Origin: a virus
Strand: one strand, 5' to 3'
Length of the DNA stretch: 64,000 nucleotides
IMG/VR virus record: IMGVR_UViG_3300044957_000861
Coordinates: 24,935 to 88,934 of that record
Below the pieces are notes generated by a model, which was not told where the DNA came from, ran no database searches, and worked only from the letters and a program-made list of their open reading frames with translations. Of this stretch, positions 1 through 11,800 are shown piece after piece. A program made the translations under genes and the position numbers. Position 1 is the stretch's first letter. Each line of letters opens with the position of its first letter.

Positions 1-1059
1 AACATTTAAAATCTCATTAATTGTTTTTCCTGTTGGGGCATTGAATTTAATAAAAGTCTTTCCTGTTTCAATAAACTTTTCATATCTAATGTCTATATCA
101 CTTAATCCATAGGTATAAATATAGGAACTATTTTCTTTTACATAATTTCTTTGTCTAAGCAAGATTCTTACTGCTGTTATATTTTTTTCTGCACAATAAA
201 ACTTTCGTGGACCAGAATTTACTATTGTATCTGATCCAACAATAGACCAACCTCCTGGGGCCACCTTACCTACGGCATCATATTCTCCGTCATAATATCC
301 TGGATTAAAACTGTAATAGCCATCTTTGTCTAACATTGATGGATTTGCAGCTGTTGTATACTCAACTTTTACTATGTCAATACCGTTTGATGGAAATGGA
401 GACATTGATACACAGTTTGTTAGCGAATTTCCAACTGAACCAGTTGGTATTTTAATGTACAAATACATGCTGACGCCGAGTGGATTTGGCTGATTCAAAA
501 TTACATTTCTTCTCCAAACTTTATCTGGCTGATTAATGAAGGCATTTTGAACTGGGGTTGTATCTATTAGTGCCCCATTTCCATCTCCACCAGCAATGTT
601 TGTATCTATTCTTGTCTCAAGAAAGTCAGGAACAACTTGACCTCTTAGTGAGTTAACGTATTTTATTTTTGAATGCGAAGAACCTATTATTTCTGGCAAA
701 GTTATACTATTATAATACTCGTTAAAAACAAGGGCTTGGGAAGCGGCCACGGCATAGGATGTGGAAACAAACGGAGAAAGATCTATTTGAGATTTTGAAT
801 GAATAGACAATTGATTGGTATTAATACTTTCAATTACTCTTATTCGATCAGTCAAGTCTGCAATTGCCGAACTTAAAAAGATATTTTCTTTTACTATTCT
901 TTCTATAATTTCTGACACTCTTTTGTCTATAACCGAATACTTGTTATATAGATAAACTAGGTCAGCATAATTTTGCTCAATACGCTCATTGTAGTCGGAA
1001 CTTGATATGGGGCCATGGTATTGAATCGGCTTTTTTTGTGTATAAATAAACTCTGACAT
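1..1059 (-). CDS. Virion/baseplate-region structural protein, partial (runs off window start)
   Basis: Not in the ORF track. Read manually: ATG at 1059 with upstream AGGAG; open frame MSEFIYTQKKPIQYHGPISSSDYNERIEQNYADL... to base 1. N-terminal Y.GPISSS..N motif shared with 1068..1505. Confidence 0.75.
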   Translation of the reverse strand, partial: MSEFIYTQKKPIQYHGPISSSDYNERIEQNYADLVYLYNKYSVIDKRVSEIIERIVKENIFLSSAIADLTDRIRVIESINTNQLSIHSKSQIDLSPFVSTSYAVAASQALVFNEYYNSITLPEIIGSSHSKIKYVNSLRGQVVPDFLETRIDTNIAGGDGNGALIDTTPVQNAFINQPDKVWRRNVILNQPNPLGVSMYLYIKIPTGSVGNSLTNCVSMSPFPSNGIDIVKVEYTTAANPSMLDKDGYYSFNPGYYDGEYDAVGKVAPGGWSIVGSDTIVNSGPRKFYCAEKNITAVRILLRQRNYVKENSSYIYTYGLSDIDIRYEKFIETGKTFIKFNAPTGKTINEILNV

Positions 1060-1067
1060 TTTTTCTC

Positions 1068-1505
1068 CTAGATATCTTCTTGCATTGCAGCTTCAATCAA
1101 GTCCAACTTATTCATTAGCCAGCTTATTTTTGCGCTATTAATTTGGTATTTTTGAAAAATTATATCCGCATTTTCATATGGCGTAGATTGCTCTATTACA
1201 TACTCTTCTGCGGTCTTATCGTAACTAATTGACTGAGTATAAATGGTCATTTTCAAATCTTCATTTAAATAGTAATCTGGTGTGGCGGCATATAGATCAT
1301 TTCCAGTCATTTCAGATATAGTGTCCATACTAGCGTTAAGTTCATCAATTTTAGACTTAAGCCTGTTAATGTCTAATAAAAATTGATCGTTGCAGAGATT
1401 TAAAACACTTGAAGAAATTGGTCCTTTATAAACAAGCCTATGCCTTTGAAGGTTAGGTTCCATGATATTTTCTCTTTTATTAAAATCAGAATAAAGTATT
1501 CCCAT
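1068..1505 (-). CDS. Hypothetical virion-module protein (145 aa)
   Basis: ORF with AGGAG RBS; YKGPISSSVLN motif shared with the next gene downstream; coiled-coil-like segment. Confidence 0.75.
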   Translation of the reverse strand: MGILYSDFNKRENIMEPNLQRHRLVYKGPISSSVLNLCNDQFLLDINRLKSKIDELNASMDTISEMTGNDLYAATPDYYLNEDLKMTIYTQSISYDKTAEEYVIEQSTPYENADIIFQKYQINSAKISWLMNKLDLIEAAMQEDI

Positions 1506-1513
1506 GGCTTCTC

Positions 1514-3721
1514 CTAGTGTTTAAATTTAAGTGTATAAGAAATTACGGAAGGAGCAGAATATGAATCAACACCCCTGAATAAATCAGCCCTAACCCTGAG
1601 GGAGGAGGGTGCTTTGATACTGTTTGTCAGATAGTATACTCTTGTTCCTTCTTTTATTTCTTCTGTTCTTCTATAAATTATTTCTAAATTATTTTCATAG
1701 TTTATAATTGAAAATACATTATCTAAATTTGAATATTTTGTGCGAAGATCTTCTTCTTTTACAAAAGAAAAATAATTTCTATATACTTCTGAATTTGGTA
1801 TTGAAAGAAGAGAGATTCCTTCCATTAAAGAAATCGTTCCATTAAATGGTGTTTTAACACCTTCCGAATCATTGGTTGATTTGTTTATAATAACCACTAT
1901 AGAATTTTGACCTTTTTTAAAGTTCCATGTTAAAGAAGAAGATAAAATTCCAGGAGCCAAAGATCCACTTGTGGATACTTGAACCCCGTTTAAATAAATT
2001 TCTATATCCCAAAATTGAGCGGATAGTGATTTGAGAAAATTTTTAGTAATTGTAAGCGAGTTCTGCATGTAGATATTTGTTGATAAGTATATGCTACCGT
2101 AAAGAACATTTTCAGCCTGATAAAATTCTTGATTATTTGCAAGAGATATATTAAATTTATTTGCGATTATATCTTTTCTTGATCCAGTTATTATCTGCTG
2201 CCAAGAATCTCTATCGAGAGAAGTTCCGCTAACTACAGAAACTAAAACTTGATTACTATCTGTGTTTTCAAGCATGTAAACTTCGTATGGATTTGCGTCT
2301 TTTGAAAATTTTGCTAATCTATAAATTTCTAAATTATTTTGAATAGAATCATTTCTATAAAAATAATCTTTAATTGGATTATTATACTGTGTAGATCTTG
2401 GTATTTTTACCATTTGAGTAATGGTTGATTGAATGCTGGTCCCATCTATTGGAACTATTTTTGACTCAATCCTTGAAGCCCCACTAAAAGATACTACACT
2501 GGAATTGGTTGCATTTTTTAAAGAAGCTGGTGATACTTTAGTCCAGCTGTAATCGTTTATTGACTGTTCGTTTCCATTTTCTACAGCTATATAATAATTA
2601 ATTGAAGTCCCTGCAGGGACTTGATCATTGGCATCAAAGTTCACAGAGTCTATGGTCAATGTTTTGTTTTGATCTAATGGAAGCGAAATTGGCTGACTCA
2701 CAAAAATTGCCGATGAATCGTAGTACGGAGCAGTAATTATAAGTTCTTCCAACCTAAAATCATAAACATACTTTACTTTATTTGAAATTGTTTTTGTATA
2801 ATCTGGTTCAACTTTTGTTAAGAACAATTCTATGCTTGACGCCTTGGTCGTTGAAAATGAAAATGAAAAATTGTCATAATCTGAAGAACTAGACTTGGAG
2901 AGGGTAATTGGATTTGATATGTCATTAGAATTATTGACAATAATATTTATATCTACTGGTTTTTGAGAGTTTATTTTTCCCTCTATAAGAGATATCCCAG
3001 ATAAGTTTGAACCCGCAGAAGAAATCGGTATTATTATTTTTAGAGTGCATAGCGATATTGATGGTGATTCAAATTGATACTTCCATTCTAAGTTGTTTAA
3101 TCCATTAAATACATTTGAAAAATTAATTGAGGGAACAGTAGAAACTTTTTTGCCATCAACAAAAACCTCCAAAGAAGCATTAGAAACTTTGTTCATTATG
3201 TTCCCAACATAACTGAAAACTCCAGATGTAAGCTGTGGTATGGAAAGCTTTCTGGAAGAAAGGTCAACTACTGCTGATGTTTTGGACAAGTCGGTTAGTG
3301 CGGTATTGTTAAATGCGTTGGTATGACTGTAATAAAAACCATCTGTATTATTTATGGCGAATAATCTGTCGTCAACATTTTTTTCAAGTTCTGCTCTTCT
3401 CAATCTTAAATTTTCTATTCTAAAATTAAAAGCTGTTATAAGATCATATAAATCGCTTACTTCTTCATGGAAAGAATCATACAAAACATCGGTATTAAAA
3501 GATGTATGCGCAATTATTCTATTTAGCTTTTCATGATCTATTATTGAGCTGGCAGATAAATCGTTGTATGGAACTGGTATTGGGAATCCAGGTCTATAAC
3601 GACTAAAATATCTTCCATATATTGTTGATATCTCATTTTCACTAGGTGCATTTCCTAGAGAATAGTATATTTTATATATAGTTTCTAAAAATCTTTTTTT
3701 CTGTATATTTTCTATAGTCAT
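1514..3721 (-). CDS. Large baseplate/virion structural protein (~735 aa)
   Basis: Likely start MTIENIQ at 3721 (ATGA overlap with upstream stop). Helical N-terminus, beta-rich body, FVSQPI..SINYYIA..W motif similar to neighbours. Confidence 0.7.
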   Translation of the reverse strand: MTIENIQKKRFLETIYKIYYSLGNAPSENEISTIYGRYFSRYRPGFPIPVPYNDLSASSIIDHEKLNRIIAHTSFNTDVLYDSFHEEVSDLYDLITAFNFRIENLRLRRAELEKNVDDRLFAINNTDGFYYSHTNAFNNTALTDLSKTSAVVDLSSRKLSIPQLTSGVFSYVGNIMNKVSNASLEVFVDGKKVSTVPSINFSNVFNGLNNLEWKYQFESPSISLCTLKIIIPISSAGSNLSGISLIEGKINSQKPVDINIIVNNSNDISNPITLSKSSSSDYDNFSFSFSTTKASSIELFLTKVEPDYTKTISNKVKYVYDFRLEELIITAPYYDSSAIFVSQPISLPLDQNKTLTIDSVNFDANDQVPAGTSINYYIAVENGNEQSINDYSWTKVSPASLKNATNSSVVSFSGASRIESKIVPIDGTSIQSTITQMVKIPRSTQYNNPIKDYFYRNDSIQNNLEIYRLAKFSKDANPYEVYMLENTDSNQVLVSVVSGTSLDRDSWQQIITGSRKDIIANKFNISLANNQEFYQAENVLYGSIYLSTNIYMQNSLTITKNFLKSLSAQFWDIEIYLNGVQVSTSGSLAPGILSSSLTWNFKKGQNSIVVIINKSTNDSEGVKTPFNGTISLMEGISLLSIPNSEVYRNYFSFVKEEDLRTKYSNLDNVFSIINYENNLEIIYRRTEEIKEGTRVYYLTNSIKAPSSLRVRADLFRGVDSYSAPSVISYTLKFKH

Positions 3722-6156
3722 GATTGGACTATCCTTGCTCCAAGTTTGTACCAATATAATATTGGTGTAGAGTTTGATGATTTGTTCTTTTTAAGAATGG
3801 CCCTAAAAATTATAGAGTTTATTGGATTCGGAACATCTGGTTGATTATAGTAAGCTATTTGTGGTATGGATAAGTTATCGCTCAGGTTTTGATTGAATGC
3901 CAGTATTTCTGGTAACCCTTTAAATCCTCTTTCAATTGGCGAAATTTGTATCCATCCTTTTCCCCCATCAACACTAACATAATATTTGATTGAAGAATTA
4001 TCAGAGTCGGATTTAGAAATATATTCGGAAACCTCCAGACTCAACAGATCTAATTGACCGTTTACAAAAAATGGCTTAGAAACTATCTCTGCGTTGTCCT
4101 GATAAGTTTCTCTTCCAATAGATATATCTCTAATGCCGATACTCGCTCTTTTGGCTTTTAGGTATTCAAAATTTCTTTTTAGATTTAAAAATACTTTACT
4201 GCTTTTTAGAACTGTATCAGAACTTGTTTCTACTGACATATTGGAGGATGATGGCGTGTCTATCACTTTCAGGCACACGCCGTAGTTTTGTTCAATATTT
4301 GTGACTGGAATTGTATTTGAATTAGAAGTTTTAATTCTAAACTGAGTAGTGCTATCAATTTGTATAACATTAAATATTCCAAGAGTATCAATATTGTCTC
4401 CCCACTTGTCTCTAATATAAACTTTTGAGCCGACAGACAAACCGTGTTCTTTAACTGTTGTTACTGTAGCTACATTTGAAGAGTTTTGAATTGTTTTCAT
4501 TTTAATTTTTAATGACGATAATTGATTTTGTATATTGGTACTTGGATCAACTAGCACACACGCTGTTGTTGGAATTCCATTAATAATTCTTTCTACCGTT
4601 GTATTCATTAAATCTTTATTTGGATAAGAATTTGCCTTATCCTTTAAACAAAAGAGGTCTATATTCAAATCAACATCTCTCTTATGCCAATAATATGATT
4701 GCGTTCCTGATTGAAGCTTGATTTGATATTTTGTTTGACCTGTTACAGTTTCGCTTTTGGTGAACGCAACCTGTCTAATTTCACTAGCTGAACTTTTATG
4801 CTCTGATGGTCTATCAATGCGAGGTACAACTAAATTTTTGTCCCAGGAAGAACCAACTATTGAAGAATCAATTAATGCAGATGGATTAAATCTACTTTGA
4901 TTATTCCACTTTTGGGTTGAACCGACCTCATATGGGGTCCAATAAGCGTGCTTAATAAGCGTTTCGTTAAACTCACTTTGCTCCAATGTAATGTATACCT
5001 TATTTGCTTTTGTTTCATCAAATTTAAAAACACCCTTATTAGAAAAGAAATTTTTATAATTATCTATTGTTTTTGAGCCTATATCGGATGCAATAGTTAC
5101 TGGACCACTATTTATTAGTTCATACGTTTTGTTTGCTGCTTCATCAAATAGTTTTATAGAAGTTACTTTTATGTTTTTTATAAGAGCATTTGCGCCCTGT
5201 ATGTCGTAGCCAAAAAACGGAAGTATAGATATGGTATTTATATATTCTCCAGTTTTTGAAGATGAGGTAAATTCAAGTGTTAAACTTAAGGGCTTTAAAG
5301 TATCAAATTTTCCCCAATTTATATACTTTCCGTTATCTAAATATTCAAATTCATATTCTGGTCTAGTTTTTGAGGAGGATGGATCATTTAAGGACATTAC
5401 ATTTATTGCCTCATATTCAAAATAGGTTGCAGCACTTTGATCTAGTATAGTATTTTCATTTGATCTCAGGATTGAAGAGTCTTTTTCGTATAAAAACATA
5501 TTCTTATTTCCATCATTTTCAAAAATAAAACTATTTCCCTTTAAACCATTTGATGTTTTAACAAAAGATATTTCATTTGAAACAGAATTATTATAATTTT
5601 GATTAACTATCCTAACTTGACTACGCCAAGTGCTTGCGGAATTTTTTGCCAAAGTTGCATAACCATCAGATACATCAGGAATAAATCCAGGTGTTATTTT
5701 AGATGATTCAATCATAGAAAGATCATTAAAAGAGTCTCCAAAATAAGTTATATTTACTGAGGTACTTTTTGAATATATTTCTAATATATTTATCTTTGAT
5801 TTAACTCTTGACAAATAAGCTTTTTCTGCTTCTATTTGATTAGAAAATAGATTAAATGTATTGATATAATTAGCGGCTAAAGAATCAAACTGATTTGTAA
5901 TTATATTTAAATCAGCAGATAAATTAGATACAAACTTATTAAAAATATCTGAGCTCGGTACTTCGCCTTTTTTAAAAACAATTGGCTCTGTCATAGAAGA
6001 ACCTATATTTTTATGTATATCAAAAAGAAGTTCTTGATACGCTTTATCATAGTCCTTTGGTGAAACATTCTTTAAATTATAATAATCGTTTATGAATTTT
6101 TGTACCTTAGATATTATCTGCGTATAAGCTAACGTATCTGTAGATAATTGAGCCAT
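3718..6156 (-). CDS. Large baseplate/virion structural protein (812 aa)
   Basis: Long ORF; C-terminal IVSKPF..SIKYYVSVDGG..WIQISP motif resembles those of 1514..3721 and 6166..8838. Confidence 0.7.
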   Translation of the reverse strand: MAQLSTDTLAYTQIISKVQKFINDYYNLKNVSPKDYDKAYQELLFDIHKNIGSSMTEPIVFKKGEVPSSDIFNKFVSNLSADLNIITNQFDSLAANYINTFNLFSNQIEAEKAYLSRVKSKINILEIYSKSTSVNITYFGDSFNDLSMIESSKITPGFIPDVSDGYATLAKNSASTWRSQVRIVNQNYNNSVSNEISFVKTSNGLKGNSFIFENDGNKNMFLYEKDSSILRSNENTILDQSAATYFEYEAINVMSLNDPSSSKTRPEYEFEYLDNGKYINWGKFDTLKPLSLTLEFTSSSKTGEYINTISILPFFGYDIQGANALIKNIKVTSIKLFDEAANKTYELINSGPVTIASDIGSKTIDNYKNFFSNKGVFKFDETKANKVYITLEQSEFNETLIKHAYWTPYEVGSTQKWNNQSRFNPSALIDSSIVGSSWDKNLVVPRIDRPSEHKSSASEIRQVAFTKSETVTGQTKYQIKLQSGTQSYYWHKRDVDLNIDLFCLKDKANSYPNKDLMNTTVERIINGIPTTACVLVDPSTNIQNQLSSLKIKMKTIQNSSNVATVTTVKEHGLSVGSKVYIRDKWGDNIDTLGIFNVIQIDSTTQFRIKTSNSNTIPVTNIEQNYGVCLKVIDTPSSSNMSVETSSDTVLKSSKVFLNLKRNFEYLKAKRASIGIRDISIGRETYQDNAEIVSKPFFVNGQLDLLSLEVSEYISKSDSDNSSIKYYVSVDGGKGWIQISPIERGFKGLPEILAFNQNLSDNLSIPQIAYYNQPDVPNPINSIIFRAILKKNKSSNSTPILYWYKLGARIVQS

Positions 6157-6165
6157 ATATAATCC

Positions 6166-8838
6166 TTATATAAATTTCTTCTTGTATTTATTATCATATT
6201 TTATGAAGTTATTATTTATTGTACTGTCTTTTTCCAAGGAAAACTTGAATAAAATTCTATCAACCGAATAATTTTCAGAGGTGTTATCTAGACTTCTTAA
6301 AATAATTCTGTATCTAAACACATTTGGAATGTGTTGATAAATCACCCTAAAAGGTGTGTTAATAAATTTATTGAATAGTATTGTCTGACCAGAATGAATG
6401 AATAAAACCGAATCAGATTTATAAAAACTTGGTACTTGAGAGCTACTTAATACATAGTTTGTTAAGTTAATTGCTGTTGATCCGTTTTCAAATAATATTT
6501 TTACAGGACAATAACTTGAATAATCAAAATTACCAAAAGAACTTTTGTTTGCGGTTATTGTTCCGTTAATAATTGAATAAACAGAATTAACTAACTTTTC
6601 CTGACTTATATACGGAGCGTAAGTTATTCTAACACTATTATCTGAATTTGTTTTTTCAAATCTCTCCCCATTTACCCCATCAAAAGAAGCGTTGATCAAA
6701 ACAGGATTAGCCATAGACCTAGAAAACAAGGATGCCTCTTTTGCGGAATTTATATTTAATGGAATATACGATACGTAATATCTATTATTTTTATTAAATT
6801 TAAATATTTTTAATATTTTTCCATTTACCTCATAAGAACCAAAGTCTCTTTGGATTGAATTTTCAAAAACCTTTAAAGATTCTTCACTAGGCAAAAATCT
6901 TAAATTGGCTTCTCCTTGAATATTTGCGTATAGTAGTTCTCCTCTTATTAAGGAATCTTTGTAAGGGATTATAGGCATCCAATCTTCCTCAAATATCGGA
7001 TTGTCTTTAATTGAAACGCTAAATTCTGCACCAGTTTTATCCAAGGCTGGGTCATTCTCCAAATAGTTAAGCTCTTGAAAATATTCTGAGTTCATTTTTA
7101 CTCTCATCGGTAGTCCATCAATTGGAATTTTTCTGCTCACAAAAACTGATCTATTTAAAGGTATCGGAAGCATCGTTATTTGAGCACTAATTTTTGAAAA
7201 GAAAGATATGTTTTTTATTGAGAAAATATATTCATACATTCCAGGATCTTCTACGTTATCAAAAAATTGTGAAGAAGTAATAGAATTAACATAATCAATT
7301 GAATCCTCAGAGAAATGACCATTGTTCTCAGATTTATTTGAATCAAATAACGGTATAATTCCTCCTGAAGCATAGTTCCACACGTTCTTAGTAGACTCTT
7401 TTAGATTTGATTCTATGTAGGTTTTGCTAACGATTGAACGAAGTTTTGATCCGACTGAATAAGATATAATTGAAAATACTATATTTGATAGAAGGCTTGT
7501 GTTTTTAAATTGATTTAGATCATCAATATCAGAAAAGAAATTTTTTTCTTTCAATTTTTCAATAACACCAACATTGATCTTTTCATAGTCTGTAGGATAA
7601 TAATCTGTATAGTCGTAGTAATATAATTTTTTGTTTCTATTGATATAATCAAAAGCAAAATCTTTAATAAAATATTTTATTACAGTGTCTTGAAGTTTGT
7701 CATGATGTTGCTTTCTTGACAATCTTATTGCAGCAGATATTTGATTTACTAATTTTGTATTTACCTCAGATTGCAGAGGTGTAATTTTTGTTCTTGTATA
7801 ATTTTTTTGTCCGAATATTAATATAACACTTTTAACAAAATCATAACCTGGCAATTCTACATCTAGACTGTTTTTTATTCTAATACTATTTGGTAAAATT
7901 TTATATTTATTTGAGCTAGTGGAACCCGCAACATTTGCGGCGCTGTTGTTCATTGATTGAACTATAACCTGCAGAAGATCCATATTGTCACTTGTGTTTG
8001 GAGTGATTCTTATTCTTGATATTTGTTTTGGGGACTTGAAAACTATTTCAACGCCTATTTGTGCCGATGAATCTATTTCATTTTCTGTTTTAAAGGATGA
8101 AAAAATATCCTTATCAAAAATATTTTCTTTTATTACAACGGGAGATTTAACTGTTAAGTTCCAAATATGACTTGACGACGCGTTGAGCACCTTGCGTATT
8201 CCAGTATCGGAAGAAATGTATTCTTCAGAAAAATTTTTATGATATATTATATTTTCAATATCTTCTATGGTAATACTGGTTAATATCTGTTCATAGTTCT
8301 TGGAATATTTGAGTGTTCCAGAAAACGAATCAACAAAAGAACTTTCAGAAGCTGAAAACGGAACTCCGTTCCTGTCTGGTATTTTACTAATTGTATCTGC
8401 ATAGATGTGTGAGTTTAAATCATTATCAAAATTTTCCACGAATATATGATCATATAGATCTTCTTCTCCAGAAAGAAAAACCCAATTATTTATATATGAT
8501 TCAAGGTAAGATATGTCTTTTTCTAGTTTTTCTATTTCTCCAGAAAATATTGAAGACATTGATGATCTTAATATGGATAATGTTCTGGATATGTCATATG
8601 TAGATTTAATTCTCAAATCCATATCCCTGAACAAGTCTATTATTGGCTCCTTCTGTATGGTGCTCAAAGAATTAACAAGACTGGGTATGTAATCAGCAGC
8701 CGAAGAAAAAGACCCTATCTTGCTAACTAAGCTTCCTATTTCTGCTTTTTCTACTATTGACTCTGATAAAACTTGATTTACAGTTTTTCTTGATTGTCTA
8801 TTAAAAGAAGATATACTTTCACTTAACTGGGTTAGCAT
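6166..8838 (-). CDS. Large baseplate/virion structural protein (890 aa)
   Basis: Long ORF overlapping the upstream stop by 1 nt; FVSRKIP..EFSVS..WMPIIP motif parallels neighbours. Confidence 0.7.
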   Translation of the reverse strand: MLTQLSESISSFNRQSRKTVNQVLSESIVEKAEIGSLVSKIGSFSSAADYIPSLVNSLSTIQKEPIIDLFRDMDLRIKSTYDISRTLSILRSSMSSIFSGEIEKLEKDISYLESYINNWVFLSGEEDLYDHIFVENFDNDLNSHIYADTISKIPDRNGVPFSASESSFVDSFSGTLKYSKNYEQILTSITIEDIENIIYHKNFSEEYISSDTGIRKVLNASSSHIWNLTVKSPVVIKENIFDKDIFSSFKTENEIDSSAQIGVEIVFKSPKQISRIRITPNTSDNMDLLQVIVQSMNNSAANVAGSTSSNKYKILPNSIRIKNSLDVELPGYDFVKSVILIFGQKNYTRTKITPLQSEVNTKLVNQISAAIRLSRKQHHDKLQDTVIKYFIKDFAFDYINRNKKLYYYDYTDYYPTDYEKINVGVIEKLKEKNFFSDIDDLNQFKNTSLLSNIVFSIISYSVGSKLRSIVSKTYIESNLKESTKNVWNYASGGIIPLFDSNKSENNGHFSEDSIDYVNSITSSQFFDNVEDPGMYEYIFSIKNISFFSKISAQITMLPIPLNRSVFVSRKIPIDGLPMRVKMNSEYFQELNYLENDPALDKTGAEFSVSIKDNPIFEEDWMPIIPYKDSLIRGELLYANIQGEANLRFLPSEESLKVFENSIQRDFGSYEVNGKILKIFKFNKNNRYYVSYIPLNINSAKEASLFSRSMANPVLINASFDGVNGERFEKTNSDNSVRITYAPYISQEKLVNSVYSIINGTITANKSSFGNFDYSSYCPVKILFENGSTAINLTNYVLSSSQVPSFYKSDSVLFIHSGQTILFNKFINTPFRVIYQHIPNVFRYRIILRSLDNTSENYSVDRILFKFSLEKDSTINNNFIKYDNKYKKKFI

Positions 8839-11800
8839 TACAGTGTCCTCCAGTCGTTTCCGTCCATGTCCTGGATGTCAAAAGCAACACCAGCAGTAAG
8901 GTTGGATCTCACAATATTATAAACTTCTTCTATTGAATTAAAGTTTTGTTTAACTTCTTTTGGTATTTTAATTATAACATATCCACCATTCGGATAGAGA
9001 TATCCTTTACCAGAATTAAGGTCTGCGAAATTTAGTATGTTTGGTTTTTCTTCATAAGATTTTGTAGTATTATCAAGCGGTTTTACGCCGCCGCCCTTTA
9101 ATCTAAGATCAATCACATTAATTTGATTTATGTCAAATTTTTTATTGACAGTTACAGTACCCAAATGAAGTGCCAATGGATTATGCTCCAACTTTTTTGG
9201 ATCAAATATAGAATAATTAAAAGTAAAATCAACCACACTTTTAGGCGTTTCGTAATCATCTACCTCAACATATTCTCCATTTTCCAAAACCTGAACAGCT
9301 GACGGCACTATGTAAAAATGAATTGCAGAATCTATAAACTTATATGGATTACTAGAAAAGCCAGGTTGACCGTTTGAATCAATGTATAGTTGATTTATGC
9401 TAAACACGTACGGATTACTTGGAATTTCTTTTCCATTTAATTTATACATCATGATATTTGGATTTTTTACAACATAATTTACTTGTATATTTTCTGGATT
9501 TGAAGGAATTATTTCTTTTTCAAAATAAATTGTACCAGTATGTTTGCTGTAATTTTTTATTTGATCTTCATTTATTTCAAGCCAATTACCTTTGGCGTCT
9601 TTTATTTTTATATCAACCCAACATTCTATAGGACTAGCGTCTGTATGATAGGTGCTTATGTTTGGTTTATCCAATACTTCTTGCGTTGTATGGAACGAGC
9701 CATGTCTTAATTGTATTTCATTTCTAGAAACTATTATTGGATTTTCGTCAAATATATCATAATATCCAGAACCAAATATGCCAGATGAAGGTATGGCTAT
9801 TTTTGTTGTATCATAAAAACATCTGAGGGTTTGACCATGGTAATTTTTTCTCCAATCAGTTTGAAGTGAATTAATTGGAAGAGTTATATTTTTGAAAAAT
9901 CTACCCCTGCTTAAATTAATAAACCAGTTGTCAAACTTGGAAAGATCTTTTGGTGGATTTGATATAGCAATTTTTGCCCTATCACTAACTCTAACAGAGT
10001 ATATTGGGCATATTGATTTTGCTGGAAATTGAAACTCTCTCAATGTTCCGGTCCTATTTTCTATACCAATTATATTATCAGTAGTTGCAGAATCTCTGTC
10101 GGCGTCAAATGCAATTAGCCCTATGTATATATTTCTTTTGTTTTGCATGTAATACTGGTAGGTGAACTTCTTGCCAAGAAATTGTCTTGTGACAATATTA
10201 TAAAATCCCCACTGCAGTCCATCTGGTGCTGGCATCAGTGTTCCATTTGAATCTTTTAAGTTCCATTTAAGGAGTGTATTACCGAAAGAAACTTCCACTG
10301 TTGTGCCAGTTGAAGAGTCTTGAGGTTGAACAAATTCAGAATAATTAGGAAATCCAATAGGATTACCTAGATCATTAGTCAGTACAACTGCACCATCTTT
10401 TGCGTTGATGGAAAGTTTTTTATTTTGCTTATAATTTAATCCAGAAGAATCTGCATCGGCTACATAGTAGCCAGATACATCATATTCCCTTGAATACTCT
10501 TTTGACTCTATCTCAACTCCGTTTGTTGTAACAACTTGATATATAGGTGCCATATTTTTCAATATATCAAATTGTGAATTTACATCTGACTGACTTAAGG
10601 TAACTGTGCCAGTTGGTCCACTAGTGCGAATAACTGAACTGATTGAAGGATTTATATTAGAAAGACCAGTTGACTGAGACGGTGCTTCTATAGTGTATGT
10701 AATTCCATCTTTTGAAAAAGATATTTCTTTATTATCAAATCCAGTTGATGGAGAATAAATTTGAGAATTCGTAAGATTATGTGTAAAATCAATTTTTGTT
10801 GGTTGACCATCTTCATCAAGAATAGGATCACCTTTTTCGTCTTTCACTTCTGACTTTATGTATACGGAATTAATAACAACAGAGTTAATTGAAGAACCTG
10901 GATAAGCGTTTGAATCCGATACAGATCCTAATCTAAAAACGCCAAAATCACCTGAAGTTATATTTGTTTCACCAGAAATACTCCCCGACGCTATTGCTGT
11001 AAATTTGTAATTACCACTTTTTGTTGTAGCTGGTTCTCCTGATTTACCTTTTACTGGAGTTTTAATCGTAAAGTTTATATTTTTTAAAGAAAATCCTTCT
11101 GCGTTAGGACCATAAACAGCCCTGTCTTGGGCGGTCAGAGATCCACCAGAAAGCTCTAACATAATATACTTTATAGCCCTATTTGTAGATGGAACACTTA
11201 TTGAAAATTCTTCATTGGGCGAAATGAGCCTGTCAACTGCAAATATATTTTGTGGAAGAGCTCTTATGGGATTGTCAACAAACTCTGGAACTCTTTGTTC
11301 ACCGAGACCAAGATCATCCTGATACATCCAAACCTTCTTAACAGTAACTGGCCAATCTCCAGCCTTAATGTTAATATCAGATATTTCTTGCCAGGGAACA
11401 GGATTGCTTTTTTCGTCTTCAACCTCAGGAACCTCAACAACTATATGGTCAACAATTGTAGTTGGACCTGGGATGCCCGTATAGCTTATTCTTCTATACT
11501 CTGATGAGTTAGACCCGTCATATACCTTTTCAATATCTGAATAAAGCACCGCGGCGGCTATGAATTTTTCAACACCCTTTGGTGCCTGATTGACTAAAGT
11601 TCCATATCTTGCCCTATTATATTTATATAAATCTAACCAAAACAACGCAAGTATTGATTTTGTTTCTGAGTCTACTATGGCATCAATCAAGTTCAGTTTT
11701 TTATCTGATTGAAACTTTCTTACTGCTGCTGCTGTTTGAGGACCATACTTGCCGTCAATTGTTACTGGAATGTTATTGCATTTAAGTGTGTATTGAATAT

